From NCBI GenBank assembly GCA_004431415.1, contig QPMI01000495.1:1-64000 (forward strand): 64,000 bases of DNA, given 5' to 3'. This DNA comes from Cyanophora paradoxa CCMP329 (lineage: Eukaryota; Plantae; Glaucophyta). This document shows positions 59,101 through 64,000 of this stretch, piece by piece; within the stretch, counting starts at the first letter, position 1, and each line of letters opens with the position of its first letter. Both the position numbers and the translations under genes were made by a program. The notes under the pieces were generated by a model. That model was not told the origin of the DNA, made no database searches, and was given only the letters and a program-made list of their open reading frames with translations.

Positions 59101-61130
59101 GCGCGTCGGCCGCGCGAAACCACACCGCGAAATCGCGGGATTAATAGAGCGCAAAAGCGCCAGAACTTCGTCGCGCACCCTTGGTGCCGATCTTCTCCTG
59201 CAGCTGGTCGACGATGTACTTGAGGCCGGCCTCGTTCTGCATCGCGTTGAGCTCCTGGCGCAGGGACCCGATCAGGTCGTCCCGCTTCCTCAGCTCCGCG
59301 TCCCGGTCCACCAGCTCGCGCTGCCCGCCCCGCGCTTAGAAACAGGCGTAAGGGAGGCAGCGAGGGAGCGAGATGTGCCTTCAGCGCGGAGAGGGCGGCC
59401 TTAGACTCCTCCAGCTGCTTCTCGGTGGCCTTGCCCGCCGATCGAGCCTGGTTCTCGATGTCCGCCACCTGCGCCACGCCGCGGGCGCTAAGGGCAGAGA
59501 GGAAGCGGGCGGGGAGAGGAGAGGAGGGGGGAGAAGAAGAGGGGCGACCTGCGCCTGCAGGCTCTCGATCTGCTTCTGCATCACCCCGATGTTCGCCTCG
59601 GCCTCCTCCCGCATCTTGACCTCCTCCTTCAGCTCCGCCTCCGTCCTGAACGAAGGGAAGGGATCAGAGCTAAGCTGACGCGATGAGAAATTTGAAAAAA
59701 CCGGAGGCACCGCTTCCACTCCTGGTCGACGGCGTCCAGCTCCTCCGTGAGGAGCCGCAGGTCCGTCTCGAGCTCCTCGTTGCGCTTGCTGATCACCGAG
59801 ATCTCCTTCATGTACTTCTGCAGCTGCGTGTTCTTCTCCTGCGGCGGGCGTCGGAGGAAGCAGCGAGGGGGAGGGGGCTGGGAGGGGCGGGGCGGGCGCA
59901 CGCTGATCTGGGACTGGGCGCTGCGCTGCTCCTGGTCTCGGGTGGTCATGCGGATGCGCGTGGCCTTCAGCCGCTCGTCGTAGTCGTCGATCTCCTGCTT
60001 CTGGCGCTTGACCTCCTTCTCCAGCTGCGTGACCCGCTCCTTCTGCGCCGACATTTCCTGCGAGGGCGCCCTCAGAACGAACCAAAAGAAGAGGGAGGAA
60101 GGAAGCGCACGGATTGGAGCTTCTCCTTGTCCTCGCGGGCCTTCTGGTACTCGGCGTCCTTGTTTTCGGCCTCGGTCTGCATGCGCAGCATCTTCCGCTG
60201 CAGGTCTTCCAGCTCGTCCTTTAGCCGTCGCGCCTCGCTTTGCCTCGCCGCTGAGCGCGGGGATAAGGAGGGGGAGGCAGGCCCCGCGCGGCGAATTGAT
60301 CCGCGGACCTTTGCGCAGGTCCTCGTCGTCGCCGTCGCCGCCGCCCCCGCCGCCCGTCCCGGCATCCTCCAGGTCGTTGCGGAGCCGCTCCACCTGGTCC
60401 TCGAGGTCGTAGATCTGCGCGGGAGGGCGCGCCGAGTGAGCCGCGGCCTTCCCCGCGGCGGTCCGGACGCCGGCACCTGGCGGTCCTTCTTCTTCAGCTC
60501 CGCCTTCTTGTCCTCGAGCTCGTTCGACTTCTCTCCGAGCTCCCCCTCCAGTTGTTCGAACTCCTTCACGGCCTCGTCGAGCTCTTTTTGAAGCTCCTCG
60601 TTCTTCTCCTCGAGCTCCTTCAGCTGCGCGGAGCCTCAGCGGTGGCGGGAGCGGTCGGCGGGGGCAGACAGACCTTCTTGTTCAGGACGGCAGTGTCCGC
60701 ACCGCCCGCTGTGGCCGAGGAGGTCTTCTCGAGCTGGTCCTGCTTCTTCCTGCGCAAAGCTAAGCTCGCGGGGCGGGCGGAGGGCGCGTAGACGCACTCT
60801 ATGATGATCTGCGAGACCTGTATAGCCAGCGTTCAGAGCGGCCCCGATCGGCGCCGCTGCAGCCCGCACCTGGAACAGCCGGACGAGGTTCTCCCGCGTA
60901 GCGAGCTCGTCCTCCAGCTCCACGCGAAACATGACCAGTTCCGTAGCGAGCTCCTCAATCTTACTCTTGCTAGAGTCCGACTGCAGTGCGACGCTCGGCG
61001 GGGCGACGTCGGGAGATGCCGGCGCGGGAGCGCGGACCTTGCGCAGCCCGTCGAGATCCAGACCCGCGATGCGCTCCCATGGTGGTCGAGAGCCACCGCT
61101 CTCCGACTCCGGGGGCGAGTTCCGCCCCAT
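50118..61130 (-). CDS. CEP290: Centrosomal protein 290 (ciliary transition zone), many exons
   Basis: N-terminal WERIAGLDLDGL..ENLVRLFQ; YEQG|VYGLTEAVREIKELKGRIQVRDQDI..DENTMLRDRLG; VERWHAEKRLQKR; C-terminal ELSHFDAAFFEEIEELKFRY. All are CEP290 signatures, within a giant coiled coil. Confidence 0.93.
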
Positions 61131-61321
61131 CGCTCCCGCGCTAGCCGGCCGGTGCGAGATCGCGCTGGCGTGAGCTGGAGAATACAAAAAATAGCTACTT
61201 GCAGCTAGCCGCGGGCTCCCGGTTGCGCTGTCAGCTGCTGGCGGCTGCGCGTTTGAACGAATGAAGTGACCCCTGTCAGAGTCGAACCCGCCCGTGGAAA
61301 ATTTAAGCCCTAACCGCGACG
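61131..61321. promoter_or_regulatory. Probable bidirectional promoter shared by CEP290 and MZT1
   Basis: Only 191 bp separate the two divergent ATGs. Confidence 0.7.
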
Positions 61322-61563
61322 ATGGACCTGCAGTCCCGGGAGGCGATGGACAGTGCGCTGCGCCCACTGCCCCCTCGCATCGCCGCTGACCGCGCGCCGC
61401 AGTCGTGGAGGAGATCTCCCGCATTTTGAACACTGGCCTCGACCGGGAGACGCTGGCCATCCTCGTCAGCCTCTGCGAACAGGGCGTGAACCCCGAGGCG
61501 CTTGCGAACGTCGTCCGGGAGCTCCGCCGTACTTCGGCGAAGATGGCGTCGTCTTCGTCGTAG
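61322..61563 (+). CDS. MZT1: Mitotic-spindle organizing protein 1 (MOZART1/GIP1), gamma-tubulin ring complex; exons 61322-61352 and 61403-61563
   Basis: The spliced product [63 protein letters not shown] carries the family signature LNTGLD..L....GVNPEALA. It is absent from the ORF track. Confidence 0.95.
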
Positions 61564-61978
61564 GCAGCGGCAGGCGTGACCATTGCTGATCTTTGCGCCG
61601 CCGCTCAGCTTCAAACGCCAGCCGCTCATCCGCCGCTCAGCACTCGGGCGCCAGCTTCAAACCCCAGCCTCTCGCAAGCCGTTCCATCAGAGCACTTCGT
61701 GACGGCGCCCCAGCCTCAACGAATTCACCTTCAACCAGCTGATGCACCGGACAGATCTCTCCCGTAGCCGTAGCTGCTTTAAAGCGCACGCCGCGCGAGC
61801 ACCTCGGTCGAGATCTACTGCACAAGCCAAACGAGATGCACTCTCGAGCGCGTGCCGTTTCTGCGTCTGTGCAAATACACTAGTACTTCGCGGCTCGAGC
61901 AAAAGCCTCGCGCCCGGAGCTGCCAAACAGTACTGACACTTAAGACGCGTCTTAAGTTCACACGCGCGGCGCAACAGT

Positions 61979-63800
61979 CTAGTTCTTGACTTCCTCCTCC
62001 TCCTCGTCGAGGATGCCGTGCTGCATCTTGGGGGCCTCTGCGGGCGGGCGGAACGCCACCTCCTTTACCCGCTCAGACCACGCCTTGAGGGCTGCGAACG
62101 GTGATGTGAGCCGCTGCGAGGCGCATAGAGCACCAAAAATAGGCGGACCGACGACGGCGCGCCCTCCGACGACAGTGCCGACCGCGGCGCCCTTCTGGCC
62201 GAGCGCCTTCGCTTCCGAGCCGGTGACGACGAACTTGGGGATGACCATGCGCTCGGGCAGCGGCCGCACGGCCGACGCAGGCCGGAAGCCGGCGCGCTCC
62301 GCAGTGCGCGCGCCCTGGAGGAGAGAGGAACTCAGGACGCGTCTCGAGGCGAGAGGAGGAGCGGGAGGGCGCACCGCGAGCCACAGCCACTCGCCGAGCC
62401 GAGAGTTGGCGTACCGGAGAACAACAGAGGCGACGCGCTCGTTGACAATAAGGTTCTGGCGCACGAGGTGCTCCGCGGCATTGATGAGCTGGTAGCGGGG
62501 CCCGTAGTTGGTCGCCGTGCCGGCGGCGAGTGCAAGCGAGTTCTTGCCCTGCAGGAGGGGCGACGAGGTCGCGCCCGAGGACACACGCCCGTTCCTCCTC
62601 TTCACAAGAGCCTTGTTAATCTGCTCGCCCGCAGTGCCGATGACCGCGCCAGCGAGGACCGCCTCGAACGTGCGCCACAGGAAGGCGCCGGCGCGGAGGA
62701 CGGGGGAGAACGGCCGCGCCGGGCTCGCCGGCTCGAGGAAGTAGCTAGGGAGAGAGGCGAACACGCGCGGGACGCCGGTGATGTCGCCAGCGAGATACGC
62801 GATCGAGGTCGCGGGGGCGAGGACCCAGACTTGGGCGAAGTTGGTCAGGGCGATTGCGGTCAGGTCCGCGACGACGAGGTCAATCTCCTCCTTGGCAAAC
62901 TTCCCGCGGGCCTGGAGCTCCGTGCCGACTGCGAGGCTGAGGACAAGGACCTGCTCGACAGCTGCTTTGAAGACGAAGTTGGGGTCCGCCAGCATGCGCT
63001 CCGCAAGGCCCTTCAGGGGCAGCAGATTCGAGTTCGAGATAGCGCGCATGATCGGGTTCGCCTGCGCGCGGGCGGGGAGGTCGTCAGGCGCCGAAGCACG
63101 AGAGACAGCGCGCGATGCGGACCTGCATGTTCAGGTAGCGGTTCAGGGTGGTCGCGTCCAGGTTGCCAGTCTCAAAGGCGACCTGCAGCGCCTTCGGAAG
63201 ATCCGCGAGCTTCATGCCCCTCTCGAGGAGGACGGCCTCGAGGGTCTCGAGGTCCCACTTGCCCTTGATGCGCGCCTTGCGCCTGCGGCAATGTCAGATA
63301 TGGTGACTATGAAGCAGAAAGAAAAGCACATACGCCTCCTCATCCTCCTCCTCCTCGTCGTCGTCGCCATCGCTGCATGACACCCAATAACGAACCAATC
63401 GGCACGGGAGAGGACCCACGCGCGCGCACCCGTCGCCACCGCGATTGTTCCGGTCATCCCAGCCACCCTTCTTGCCGCCGCCGCCGCCGCCGCCCGCCTG
63501 CATCTTGGGTGCCACCTCACGCTTCGTGGGCGGCGGGGCCAAGCTAAGGCCGCCCTTCTGGAGCGTCGGCGAGGCCAGGCTGCCGAGGCCGCCAGCAGCA
63601 GTGATGGGCGAGACTTCAAAGGTGACGGGCTGTACAGGCGCGGCCTCGAAAACGGCCGAGCGGGGCTGCCACCGACGCCGAGTCTGAGGAACGGTGCTGC
63701 CGGCCGCCGGCGTCTGGCAGATGGAAGCGCTAACTGAAGCGGTCCTCGCAGCACCCGCGGCGGGGAGTGCGACCGCGCCCGGGACGAACGCAGAGGTCAT
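61979..63800 (-). CDS. RETICULATA-related (DUF3411) plastid envelope protein
   Basis: Transit peptide MTSAFVPGAVALP.., poly-Gly and acidic stretch, then LADLPKALQVAF and GLAERMLADPNFVFKAAVEQV..EEIDLVVAD..VWVLAP and RYQLINAAE. Three introns. Confidence 0.88.
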
Positions 63801-64000
63801 TCTCGAATTGAGGCGCGGGTGGTGAGACTTGTGCTCTAGAATGTGCAAATGGGATCTTCCGTACCGATTCTCAGCTAAAAGATGCCCACGGGCAGGGATC
63901 GCAGAACGAACAAGAATCCCGAACCCCCCGGGTACACGAACACTGCAAAAGTTTATCTTCGCGATCGGGACCATCCAGCGCAACGTTAACATCGATATCG

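Noticed and set aside
50493-60591. Large plus-strand ORFs of up to ~570 aa opposite CEP290
   Set aside because: Antisense shadows of GC3-rich coiled-coil codons.
61221-61312. RFX X-box-like GTTGCGCTGTCAGC and telo-box-like AAGCCCTAA
   Set aside because: Both match poorly, and RFX regulation is not established for algae.

Overview
Very GC-rich, intron-dense eukaryotic nuclear DNA. Introns are mostly 55-110 bp and many have GC donors, so the supplied ORF track is largely spurious or shows only exon fragments. The gene models below were spliced by eye and are approximate. A flagellar gene (CEP290) and a plastid transit peptide starting MTSAFV suggest a flagellated alga, most plausibly the glaucophyte Cyanophora (inference). 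Left 27 kb: a membrane hybrid histidine kinase (TM-sensor-TM-PAS-PAS-HisKA-HATPase-pseudoREC-REC) whose 5' part is tandemly duplicated with a ~13.5 kb period. Two of its introns are hugely expanded by antisense Helitron2/Helentron-like elements, one of which carries a spliced cargo gene, and a poly(A)-tailed retroelement fragment sits inside a splice acceptor. Right 37 kb, in order: a multipass membrane protein, an acylated DUF4062-NACHT-TPR (NPHP3/TEP1-like) protein, a small coiled-coil protein, an LRR plus class III adenylyl cyclase plus coiled-coil protein, a SET-domain methyltransferase, CEP290 head-to-head with MZT1, and a RETICULATA-related plastid protein. The Helitron2-like family and its cargo are the best candidate for something undescribed.
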